From a virus (lineage: Duplodnaviria; Caudoviricetes): 26,855 nt of DNA. A program made the position numbers and the translations under genes. This document shows positions 9,849 to 17,639 of the stretch, piece by piece (within the stretch, counting starts at the first letter, position 1; every line of letters begins with the position of its first letter). Below the pieces are notes generated by a model, which did no database searches, was not told where the DNA came from, and saw nothing but the letters and a program-made list of their open reading frames with translations. The stretch is from IMG/VR virus record IMGVR_UViG_3300012942_000121, positions 1 to 26,855 of that record; one strand, given 5' to 3'.

Positions 9849-10250
9849 TTACGTCAGGCGGATACCGACGCCTCCGTTCGTGCCTCCGACACTCGACGGC
9901 GATGCGCTCATGTACCTGCGGCGCGGGTCCGTCGAGTCGTCTGACGCCGCGTTGCTGGTCAGGTCCACCTGCGTACTCGGCTGTGTCGTCTGCTGACTCG
10001 CGATCTGGTTCGCGATGGTGGACTGGTTGATCGTGGCCTGCTGCGCCTGTGCCGTCGCCTGTGCCTGCGCGTTCACGCTCGCGGTCTGCGCCGCTGCCGC
10101 AGCCTTCGTGGCATCGGCCTGCTTTTGCGCAGCGGCAAGTTCCGCGTCGGCCTGCTGTTGCGCCGCCTGCCGGATCGCGTCCGCTTGATCTTCCGGGTCG
10201 ATACCGAACACCCGACCGACTGCCTGTACTGCGTGCTTGACGAAGCCCAT
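9849..10250 (-). CDS. Small virion protein (T7 gp7.3 / phiKMV gp29 position)
   Basis: 133 aa, A/Q-rich, ends GGVGIRLT. Immediately upstream of the portal, AAGGAGG SD. Confidence 0.7.
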   Translation of the reverse strand: MGFVKHAVQAVGRVFGIDPEDQADAIRQAAQQQADAELAAAQKQADATKAAAAAQTASVNAQAQATAQAQQATINQSTIANQIASQQTTQPSTQVDLTSNAASDDSTDPRRRYMSASPSSVGGTNGGVGIRLT

Positions 10251-10691
10251 TCAAACCTCCTTGTAGTACCCGTTGCCCGACTTCTCGTAGCCGAGCTTCT
10301 CAATGACACGCCCGAGCCGGTCGTTACCGACTGCCCCGAGCAACACTCCTACACAGTCGTTGGCCCTAGCCAGCGACTCCATGCACCACACCGCCTGTCG
10401 ATAGCTCGCGCCACGGTCGTCGTAGATGCGCAGCGTGAGCAGTTCTTCGAAGAACTTCACGCCGGGACTTGTCCACGACCCGCCGATGTCGAACACGACG
10501 AGGTAGTTGCCGTACACGAATGCGTTCACCGCACCGTTCGCGATCTGCGCGAGGATGTGCTCCTCATCGACGTGCTTCGCCCACGCCTTGCTCGCCGACC
10601 GCAGCCGGTGTACGTGAGCGACGCCCGCCTTCCATATCGCTTCGTGGTCTGCCACGCAGACTCGCCGAGGCCCTTCCGGTGCCTTAGCCAA
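10251..10691 (-). CDS. Putative GNAT-fold acetyltransferase-like protein (phiKMV gp28 position)
   Basis: 146 aa, TTG start after GGAGG. C-terminal LARANDC.GV.LG...RLGRVIEKLGYE resembles the GNAT C-terminal motif. Confidence 0.6.
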   Translation of the reverse strand: MAKAPEGPRRVCVADHEAIWKAGVAHVHRLRSASKAWAKHVDEEHILAQIANGAVNAFVYGNYLVVFDIGGSWTSPGVKFFEELLTLRIYDDRGASYRQAVWCMESLARANDCVGVLLGAVGNDRLGRVIEKLGYEKSGNGYYKEV

Positions 10692-10851
10692 TCGTGAACC
10701 CCTCCCGCAGCTTCTTCAGGACTTCCTGCACGCCGAGTTGATAACCGGCGAGCAGTTCCGTGGTTGCCGTCGAGACTGCCGGGCCAACGAGTTGCCGTTC
10801 GAGTTGCAGGTACTGATCCGGCGTGAGTCGGATCACCTCCTTTTCGTTCAT
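10684..10851 (-). CDS. Conserved small late protein (phiKMV gp27 position)
   Basis: 55 aa MNEKEVIRLTPDQYLQLERQL...AGYQLGVQEVLKKLREGFTIG. ATG at 10851 has a GAGGA SD. The longer ORF-track start crosses the promoter and RNAP gene and is unlikely. Confidence 0.75.
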   Translation of the reverse strand: MNEKEVIRLTPDQYLQLERQLVGPAVSTATTELLAGYQLGVQEVLKKLREGFTIG

Positions 10852-10867
10852 GGGCGATTCCTCGTTA

Positions 10868-10890
10868 TGCGTCGTGTAGGAACCGGAATT
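10868..10890 (-). promoter_or_regulatory. Putative phage RNAP promoter (first late promoter)
   Basis: Exact 20-bp match to the copy upstream of the capsid gene, located just downstream of the RNAP stop. Confidence 0.8.
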
Positions 10891-10921
10891 GACTTCCGAT
10901 TCATGGTCCCTACACGACTCA
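10868..10921. repeat. Inverted repeat formed by the promoter and an opposite-facing near copy
   Basis: GTCGTGTAGGAACC (10871-10884) and GGTCCCTACACGAC (10905-10918) are complementary at 13 of 14 positions. The mismatch becomes a G-U pair in the minus-strand RNA. Confidence 0.85.
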
Positions 10922-13399
10922 GGCAAAGAAGTACGGCGATCTGCGAACTTGGTCGATGTCCAAGTTGCCAGCCGGGGGAACTTCAGGAAGGCCGTCATAA
11001 TGGTCGCGAAACCAATTGAGCGGATCGTTTTCTTCATACATCCTCGCGAACGTGTCTCGGATAATCATGAACAGCTTCTGCGCGTCCGCTGCGTGCGTGC
11101 CGTAGTCGTCATGGATCATCGCGAGCGAATCAATCCCAGCCTCATCGCAGGCTTTCACCGTCAACGCCAAGTGCGCTGCATCCATCGAGTGAACGAAGTT
11201 CGGAGACAGCCCGTTCTTGTGCTTGTGTACGTCAGGCTTGTCACCTACCGATCCCACCTTCAGACGAACTCCACCGAGCAGCAGGGAGTTAATCCGCACC
11301 ACCTCGACTTCGTTGTAGACTTGGACAACAGGGAATCCGCTCGGCGTCGTCCAGCGTATCTGTGACGCGCCGCCCCGGATGAGCGTGGATGCACACTTCT
11401 GAAGCCACGACATAGCCTTCGATGCTGCAACTACGACTTCCCCGATGGCTTCCCATACGATGTGAGACAGGAAGCTGGCTGCTGCACCGTACTCACCGCG
11501 TTCGAACTCCGGTGCCTCGCCGCGACGCAAGTAGTCCTGCACAATGAAGTCAGCACAAGAGAACCGGGTCGATCCGTACGGAAGGGTCATCACGGAACGC
11601 TTCACCAGTTTCCGGTTGATTCCGTGGGCAATCCACTTACGGGCCAAAGATGAATCGCGCTCAGATAGCTGATCCAAATTCAGGTCCATGAGTTTCGACT
11701 TCACGACATCAGCAACTTGCTGGTAGATGTCGTTCGGCTTCGCTGCTGGAAGTAGGTTCGTCGCTCGTCCTCCAACTTCGTCACGCAGCATTGCAGAAAA
11801 GTGCTGAAGTCCATTGCAAGAGCCATCAAGACCGACCGGGATACGTGAAGTGAAACCCGAAGGATTCCGTCGCCACTCGGCGTACTCCTTGCACCACGCG
11901 AGGAACTGAAGCGGAGAGTCAGCGTCAGTCCATCCAGCGTTAGACACAGGATCATCGGCGAACGCAATGATGTGTCGGTCGTTATCCTCCACCCACTTGA
12001 TCCGGTCGGCGAACGGAACCTTGTCAACCCCAAAACGATTCGCTCCGTTGACCTTGAACCAGTTGATCGAATCGGGTGTGTCGAGAGGCTTTCCATCAGC
12101 GAAGCGCAGGAGAGCCTTTTGTAGATCGCTCCCTTGAGGCGAGATACCAGTCGTGACCGCGTAGAGACGCCCACGAAAGTCGGCTTGGTACACAAAGTAA
12201 ATCGCATCGTAGTCCTTGAATTTGTCTGCGATGCGAGTGGCTGCATAGAACCTGCCCCACTTCTGGCCGCGCAGTTTCATCTGTGTGTGCCACTCCGCGA
12301 CCTTGCGCTTCCATGCGGCGAACTCGTTCAACTGGTCGCCGGTCATGTCTTCCTTCTTCATGTCCTGCGTGAGCCACGCGGGCCGGTGCGGCTTGGGAAT
12401 CTCGGCCTGCGTGATTACCTCGTCCATGTCGAAGTGCTTCGCCACCGTGCGGATCGTGTCCAGCATTTCGGCGTTGACCTGCCAGCGCACGTTCTGCAAC
12501 TTGTTGATCGCGCCGCGCACGATGCTCAGGTCTGCGCGCCGGTACACGTCCATTGCCTCGCGCTTGCACGTACGGGCCACGTTGACGCAGTACGGAATCC
12601 AACGGCGCATTCCATCGGTGTGATAGCCGCCGCGATTGAACGCCGTCCACGGCTTAGGCGGTTCGATGCAGGGCATCGCCCACGGCATAGTCTCGGCGAC
12701 CAACTCCTTGATGTTGTCCACGACGCTGCGTGCTTCTTCCGACATCAGCATTTCGAACTTCTCGTTGATGCCGCCGAGCTTCTTCACAACGACGCGGTTC
12801 ACCGTGACCATGCCAAGCTCACGCAGGCATTCGATCAACCACAAACCGACCTGCTCCTGCTCGCCTCGTGTCCAGTCGGGCAACTTGATGTCGCGGCTGT
12901 TCGCGCTGTCGCGCACGATGCGATACTTGTACCGGGCATCCTTCGAACGCCGCCGCTCGATGTCGTGGCAGATGTCCCAATACAGGTCGGGTTCCATGCT
13001 CTCGAATGCAGCCAGCACCAGTTCGCGATAGATGCCAGTGCCGAGCAGACGGGCAGAGTCTCGTGCATCCGTCATGCCCTCGACCGCCGTTGCCACGACC
13101 ACGCTGCGTACTGCGTGGAAGGCGACGCTCGCGGGATCGAGCGGCTTCAGCAGCGCGACGTGCGCTGCGCGGCGTCCGGGCTTGCCGGTGTCCTTCACTG
13201 CCTCGGCGATCATGTCGCGAAGCGGGAGCACGTAACGCCGATACAACGGGCGAGCGTACGGGTTCATGTCGGCTCGCCCTTCCTTCTCGTTCTTCTCCAT
13301 CATGCGGACTGCCCGCTGACGTCCTTCTACTACTATTTCCCTTTCCAGCTTTCGCTGCGGCGGTTCGACCGGGCCGACGAACTCGTACGCTTCCGTCAA
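10919..13399 (-). CDS. Single-subunit DNA-directed RNA polymerase (T7-like)
   Basis: 826 aa with DFRGRLY, motif A PVGLDGSCNGLQH, motif B RKLVKRSVMTLPYG, PNFVHSMDA, motif C IHDDYGTH and C-terminal YFFA. TTG start after GGAGG. Confidence 0.98.
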   Translation of the reverse strand: MTEAYEFVGPVEPPQRKLEREIVVEGRQRAVRMMEKNEKEGRADMNPYARPLYRRYVLPLRDMIAEAVKDTGKPGRRAAHVALLKPLDPASVAFHAVRSVVVATAVEGMTDARDSARLLGTGIYRELVLAAFESMEPDLYWDICHDIERRRSKDARYKYRIVRDSANSRDIKLPDWTRGEQEQVGLWLIECLRELGMVTVNRVVVKKLGGINEKFEMLMSEEARSVVDNIKELVAETMPWAMPCIEPPKPWTAFNRGGYHTDGMRRWIPYCVNVARTCKREAMDVYRRADLSIVRGAINKLQNVRWQVNAEMLDTIRTVAKHFDMDEVITQAEIPKPHRPAWLTQDMKKEDMTGDQLNEFAAWKRKVAEWHTQMKLRGQKWGRFYAATRIADKFKDYDAIYFVYQADFRGRLYAVTTGISPQGSDLQKALLRFADGKPLDTPDSINWFKVNGANRFGVDKVPFADRIKWVEDNDRHIIAFADDPVSNAGWTDADSPLQFLAWCKEYAEWRRNPSGFTSRIPVGLDGSCNGLQHFSAMLRDEVGGRATNLLPAAKPNDIYQQVADVVKSKLMDLNLDQLSERDSSLARKWIAHGINRKLVKRSVMTLPYGSTRFSCADFIVQDYLRRGEAPEFERGEYGAAASFLSHIVWEAIGEVVVAASKAMSWLQKCASTLIRGGASQIRWTTPSGFPVVQVYNEVEVVRINSLLLGGVRLKVGSVGDKPDVHKHKNGLSPNFVHSMDAAHLALTVKACDEAGIDSLAMIHDDYGTHAADAQKLFMIIRDTFARMYEENDPLNWFRDHYDGLPEVPPAGNLDIDQVRRSPYFFA

Positions 13400-13400
13400 A

Positions 13401-13622
13401 TTACGCTGCCTCCGACAGTCGTTGCTTCAGGCGTTCCTCGTTCGCACGAGCGATGACTTCCACGCGCTCCTTCAGGGAGCGTTGGTCGAGTTCGGCGGCT
13501 TCGTGGAACGGGAGAGTTGAGGTCTCGACCAGTACCCGAGGGCCGGGCAAGGTGAGCGCAGAGATAACGACGATGTTCTTGTTTATTTGGTCTTGCGTGA
13601 CTTGATGCCTTACTTCATTCAA
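13401..13622 (-). CDS. Hypothetical protein upstream of RNAP
   Basis: 73 aa from TTG at 13622 with an AAGGAGG SD 9 nt upstream. Fills the ligase-RNAP gap exactly. Confidence 0.65.
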   Translation of the reverse strand: MNEVRHQVTQDQINKNIVVISALTLPGPRVLVETSTLPFHEAAELDQRSLKERVEVIARANEERLKQRLSEAA

Positions 13623-14556
13623 AGTCAGCAGCCTCCTTATCGAATCGCACGCCCTTGAAGCGCGGCTCACGCAGCGAACCTTGGGGCGTGAAGCCGAGGC
13701 ATTGCACCTCGATGATCTTGCCGACGATGCTGTCGGGGTGGTACGTGTTGGTCTCGCGCATGTCCCACCACGTATCGCGCTGTTGGTCGCTCATGCCGCT
13801 GACCTTGACGTGACCCTTCGGGCCTTGGCAGACGAGCGCGCCGAGCGTGCCCCTGTACTTGCCCTTGCCTTCCTCGACACCGACCACGCGAAGGTCGTAG
13901 GTCTCTGCGGCCTTGACCTTGATGATTTCGCCATCGGTGCCTTCGCCTGCCTTCCACTCGCCGCTCGTCGAGCGCAGGATCAAGCCGTCGTATCCGCCCT
14001 GCGCGACGAGGTGATCGCACAGGTTGGTCGGCTTGCCGTAGCTACCGGGGTTGTACGTGGCTGCGAGTTGCACCGTGTCGGTCGGATGCGCCCCTCGGAA
14101 GAACGGGAACAGCACGTCGAAGCGCACCGCGAACGAGTACGGGCTGTAGCCGTTCTCGAACTCGTCGAGGGTCAGCATGTCGAACACAACAAGCTGCAAC
14201 TTGGGTGCTGCTGCGTGTCGGCGGAATTCACCGCTGATGACGTTTTGCGTCGTGCCCGGTCGCCACACCTCGCCTAGCACAGCCAATGCTTGCCCGCGCT
14301 CCAACCGCTTCGAGAGCTTCTGTCGAACGGCCTTGATGATGTGATCGCAGGACTTCACGACCTCCCCCGTTCGCGAGAGCACCTTGTCTCCCGCGCTGTT
14401 CGGCGTGACGATCACGATGGCGTTGCAGCCGTCGTACTTGCGCTGCGCGTAGTGAGTGAGCGCGAGGTCATCGACCGATTCCGCTCCGAGTTCCTTTCGG
14501 ACTGCTACCTTTACCTTCGCAAACTCGACCGCCTTGTGTACGATGTACTTGCTCAA
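13615..14556 (-). CDS. ATP-dependent DNA ligase
   Basis: 313 aa with adenylation motif QRKYDG, SRTG, LGEVW, VFDML, YDGLILR, KVK and the OB-fold end LREPRFKGVRFDK. Confidence 0.95.
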   Translation of the reverse strand: MSKYIVHKAVEFAKVKVAVRKELGAESVDDLALTHYAQRKYDGCNAIVIVTPNSAGDKVLSRTGEVVKSCDHIIKAVRQKLSKRLERGQALAVLGEVWRPGTTQNVISGEFRRHAAAPKLQLVVFDMLTLDEFENGYSPYSFAVRFDVLFPFFRGAHPTDTVQLAATYNPGSYGKPTNLCDHLVAQGGYDGLILRSTSGEWKAGEGTDGEIIKVKAAETYDLRVVGVEEGKGKYRGTLGALVCQGPKGHVKVSGMSDQQRDTWWDMRETNTYHPDSIVGKIIEVQCLGFTPQGSLREPRFKGVRFDKEAADFE

Positions 14557-14565
14557 TCCGACTCC

Positions 14566-15273
14566 TTAGATCGACGTGACGATGGGCACGCATTCCTGCG
14601 CAACTTCTTGCAGGTACGCGAGGTCACGGAAGTTCTCGACGTGGTTCAGCTTGTCGAGCGGAATGAACGCCGGACGGCGACCCTGATTCAGCATCGCTGC
14701 CAGCTTTTCGCTCGGGTGATCGTTCACCGGCACGACGCCGGGACGGTTCACGTTGAAGATGAGGTCTGCGATCTTCGCCTCGTGCTCGAAGCGCATGTCC
14801 GTAACGAGCACGTAGCCGGGGAAGACCTGCCACAGTTGCCGAGCCATATCGACCCACAGCGTCTTGCGGACGCGCTGCCCGCCTTCGGTGCCGAGCACCT
14901 GCATGAACTGACGCGGGCTGATGTACAGAGTCCCGCCGGGCTTCGAGGTGCAGCGCGTGAACTTGTCGCACACCTCGACCGTGTAGCAGTACAGGTGCGC
15001 CCTGTCGTTCGGTTCCATGCGCTCGGCGAGTACCGACTCGATACCCTCGTACAGCTTGTCGCGGAAGTCGTCGGCGTCGATCCAGACCGGCTGCTCCTTC
15101 TGTGCGCGGTCGTACGGTTCCAGACCCATGTGAGCACTGATCTGTCGGATCGGCTCGGCGAAGCTGCCGGTTCGCACTTCCCATCCACGGCCAGCGAGTG
15201 CGTATTCGAGGAACCCTGCAAAGGAGTCCTTACCAGCACCAGCGAGGCCGGTAATGCCAATGATGCGTCCCAT
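14566..15273 (-). CDS. Deoxynucleoside monophosphate kinase (T4 gp1 / T5 Dnk-like)
   Basis: 235 aa with P-loop GITGLAGAGKDS, SFAEPIR, PRQFMQVLGTEGG and VTDMRFEHE. Confidence 0.88.
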   Translation of the reverse strand: MGRIIGITGLAGAGKDSFAGFLEYALAGRGWEVRTGSFAEPIRQISAHMGLEPYDRAQKEQPVWIDADDFRDKLYEGIESVLAERMEPNDRAHLYCYTVEVCDKFTRCTSKPGGTLYISPRQFMQVLGTEGGQRVRKTLWVDMARQLWQVFPGYVLVTDMRFEHEAKIADLIFNVNRPGVVPVNDHPSEKLAAMLNQGRRPAFIPLDKLNHVENFRDLAYLQEVAQECVPIVTSI

Positions 15274-15537
15274 CTAGTTGTACTTCCTCCGGTACTTCGC
15301 CAGCTTCTCGTTGACGCGTTTCGTAATCTTGTGATTGCGCACGACGCCGAGTTCTTCGAGTAGCGTCGCTAGTGCGATCACGTCGCCGATTTCTTCTTCG
15401 AGTGCTCGCTGATTGGTCTTGTGCGGATCGCTGAACGGCTGCTGTGCTTTCACGCCGAACTGGATCATCTTGATCGCGGCCTGCGTGGTCTCACCACACT
15501 CGCTCGCGAGGTGTTGAAGGACGCCGGTAACGTCCAT
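15274..15537 (-). CDS. MazG-like nucleotide pyrophosphohydrolase
   Basis: 87 aa from ATG 15537, overlapping the upstream stop. Pattern SECGETTQA..K...LEEEIGDV fits the all-alpha NTP-PPase metal-binding motif. Confidence 0.75.
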   Translation of the reverse strand: MDVTGVLQHLASECGETTQAAIKMIQFGVKAQQPFSDPHKTNQRALEEEIGDVIALATLLEELGVVRNHKITKRVNEKLAKYRRKYN

Positions 15538-16322
15538 CACTGCACCAGCAGGTTGTCGCGAGTCTCGCGGGTATTGACCATCGTGCGACCTCGCGACCAG
15601 CCGCCGCAGTCGTTGCACTGGTAGCGCACGTACTTACCGGTCTGCGTGAACCGGTAGCCAGCCCTGCGCATGTGCGTACCGCCGCAACGCGGGCAGGTCA
15701 GTTCGTCCGGGTCCACGAACGTTCCGACGTTCGGGTGTCCTTCCATCCACGGGCGCAGCCGCAGGTAGAGCTTTTCGAGGCTCACCACGTCCTGCTTGTT
15801 GTACTTCTCCATGACTGCCCATGCTCTCGGATTCCCCTTCAGGCATTCGGCCCACAGACTGAAGCCGGGGAACTCCGCGTGGTCGTCCTTCTTGTCTTCC
15901 GGCACGAGCATGTCGGTCAGAGCCACGAGCCGGTTCGAGGTGAACGCGAACTCCTTGCGGGCCTGTTCCAGCGTGTCGATAATGCGGAACGGGGACGGCG
16001 GCGGGAACCCGTTCAGGATGAACCGGGCCTTGATCTTGCGGATGTCGAATTTCTTGCCGTTGTGGGCGATCACCACGTCGGCCTCGTCGAGCAGCTTCCA
16101 CAGCTTGCCCATCAGCACGCGGTCGTCTTCGATGTTGCGCCGCTTGGATTGGTCGAAGTACATGACTCTCGGATCGCCGAGCCACTTCGCAGCAAACGAC
16201 AGGATGTACCAGTCGGTGCTGATCTGATCCCACGACACGTTCTCCTTGAACGTGCGCCACACGTAAGCGAGAACCGGAGCGGTCTCGATGTCGAGTACGA
16301 GGATTCGGGGTTGCGTGGTCAA
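15537..16322 (-). CDS. DnaQ/RNase H-like 3'-5' exonuclease with C-terminal zinc ribbon (phiKMV gp24-like)
   Basis: 261 aa from TTG 16322 (GGAGG SD, TTGA overlap with the endonuclease stop). Exo motifs LDIET, HNGKKFD, IDTL and YNKQDV, plus CPRC...CNDC. Confidence 0.88.
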   Translation of the reverse strand: MTTQPRILVLDIETAPVLAYVWRTFKENVSWDQISTDWYILSFAAKWLGDPRVMYFDQSKRRNIEDDRVLMGKLWKLLDEADVVIAHNGKKFDIRKIKARFILNGFPPPSPFRIIDTLEQARKEFAFTSNRLVALTDMLVPEDKKDDHAEFPGFSLWAECLKGNPRAWAVMEKYNKQDVVSLEKLYLRLRPWMEGHPNVGTFVDPDELTCPRCGGTHMRRAGYRFTQTGKYVRYQCNDCGGWSRGRTMVNTRETRDNLLVQ

Positions 16323-16705
16323 CTGGCCTCCGTCTGTTGCTTCGCCTTGCGGCGTGCGATTCGCGCTCGCTTGTTGCGGAGGTCGCGCTTTTCCGCTTCG
16401 GTCTTGAACGTCGGGTACTTCAGGCCGCTTGGATGCTCCTCGTGGTACGTCAGGTATTCCAACGTGTTCTTCAGGAACTCCTTGCCGTCGATGCCGCGCC
16501 CGATGCGGTTCGACCAGTTCTCGATCTTGCCGAGGCAGGCGTTGCACCAGCGGCACACGACCGCTCGCACGTCGCCGGTTGTGTGGTCGTGATCGACCAC
16601 GGTGTCGTCGGTCATTTGCAGCCGACAGAGAGGGCACTGATTACCCTGCTCCTTCGCCAGCTTCAGCCGCGTTGGCCTTAGCTGTGATTGCGTCAATCTC
16701 CGCAC
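16319..16705 (-). CDS. Recombination endonuclease VII family
   Basis: 128 aa with CPLC...VVDHDHTTGDVRAVVCRWCN..LG. Confidence 0.92.
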   Translation of the reverse strand: MRRLTQSQLRPTRLKLAKEQGNQCPLCRLQMTDDTVVDHDHTTGDVRAVVCRWCNACLGKIENWSNRIGRGIDGKEFLKNTLEYLTYHEEHPSGLKYPTFKTEAEKRDLRNKRARIARRKAKQQTEAS

Positions 16706-17639
16706 GCTGTATCCTCACGCGTTTCTGGAGGCGCTTTGCTGCCGCCTCGATGTCGGATGTAAGTGGAACGACCCGCACGAAGTCGTGCAGGTATGCTTGC
16801 CGTCCGTGCCGCAGCCACAGCAGGGATGCTTGCTCGACGAAGCGGTCAGCCCACTCGTCGCCGTAGTGCTCGCGGTAGCCGCCGCTCACGACCTCGAACG
16901 CTTCCTCGTTGCACGTCGTACCCTTCAGCGCAGCGAGCGCGCCCTTCTCGCCGATCTTCTTGCCGAAGTACAGCGGCAGGCCGGGTATGTGGTCGGCGGT
17001 GTCGCCTTGGAGCATCTGCAACCAGAACCACTTGTGCCCGTAGACCAGCCCGTTGTACGGCCCTAGAAGCTCGTAGGTGCCCTTGGGAACGACGGTCAGG
17101 GTGTAGTCATGGAAGTCGATGTGCAGGCCCGCCAGCATCCGCATATCCTTGTCAGGCGATGCGATGGCGACGGTGTGCGTCGGGTCGGGCACGTTGCTCG
17201 CGACGGCGAAGCCATCGTCGGCCTCGCGGTCACGCCAGCGCGCTACGGAGAACGCCGGGTTCAGCTTCGGGTCATGCGTTTCGAGGTAGGTCCGCAGCAT
17301 GTCCCAATTGACCGGCTTCCTGCCGCCGCTGCGCTGCCCTTGGTACGGCTTCACCGTGGCAATCAGGAACCGCTCGCCCTTCGTGCCGCCCGGCATGGAC
17401 AGGTGAACCAGTGCGCGCCGCGCACCGGACATTTCACGCAGGGCTTCGACCTTCTCGCGCACGTTCTTGCGGGCGATGCCGGGCGGGCACTCATCGCCGC
17501 CCGCGCAGCGGTAGGCGAGGTAGTCGCCGTCGATATGGACGACGCGCTCGTCTACCGTGTCGGGGATGATGGTGCGGGCGACTGGCTGCTGCGCGGCTGC
17601 TTGCTTGGCTACTTCTTCAAGCCACGCAGGCTTCTGCAT
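16641..17639 (-). CDS. 5'-3' exonuclease (T7 gp6 / phiKMV gp22-like)
   Basis: 332 aa with IDGDYLAY, KPYQGQR, READD, SPDKDMR and QMLQGDTADHIPGL. Confidence 0.92.
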   Translation of the reverse strand: MQKPAWLEEVAKQAAAQQPVARTIIPDTVDERVVHIDGDYLAYRCAGGDECPPGIARKNVREKVEALREMSGARRALVHLSMPGGTKGERFLIATVKPYQGQRSGGRKPVNWDMLRTYLETHDPKLNPAFSVARWRDREADDGFAVASNVPDPTHTVAIASPDKDMRMLAGLHIDFHDYTLTVVPKGTYELLGPYNGLVYGHKWFWLQMLQGDTADHIPGLPLYFGKKIGEKGALAALKGTTCNEEAFEVVSGGYREHYGDEWADRFVEQASLLWLRHGRQAYLHDFVRVVPLTSDIEAAAKRLQKRVRIQRAEIDAITAKANAAEAGEGAG

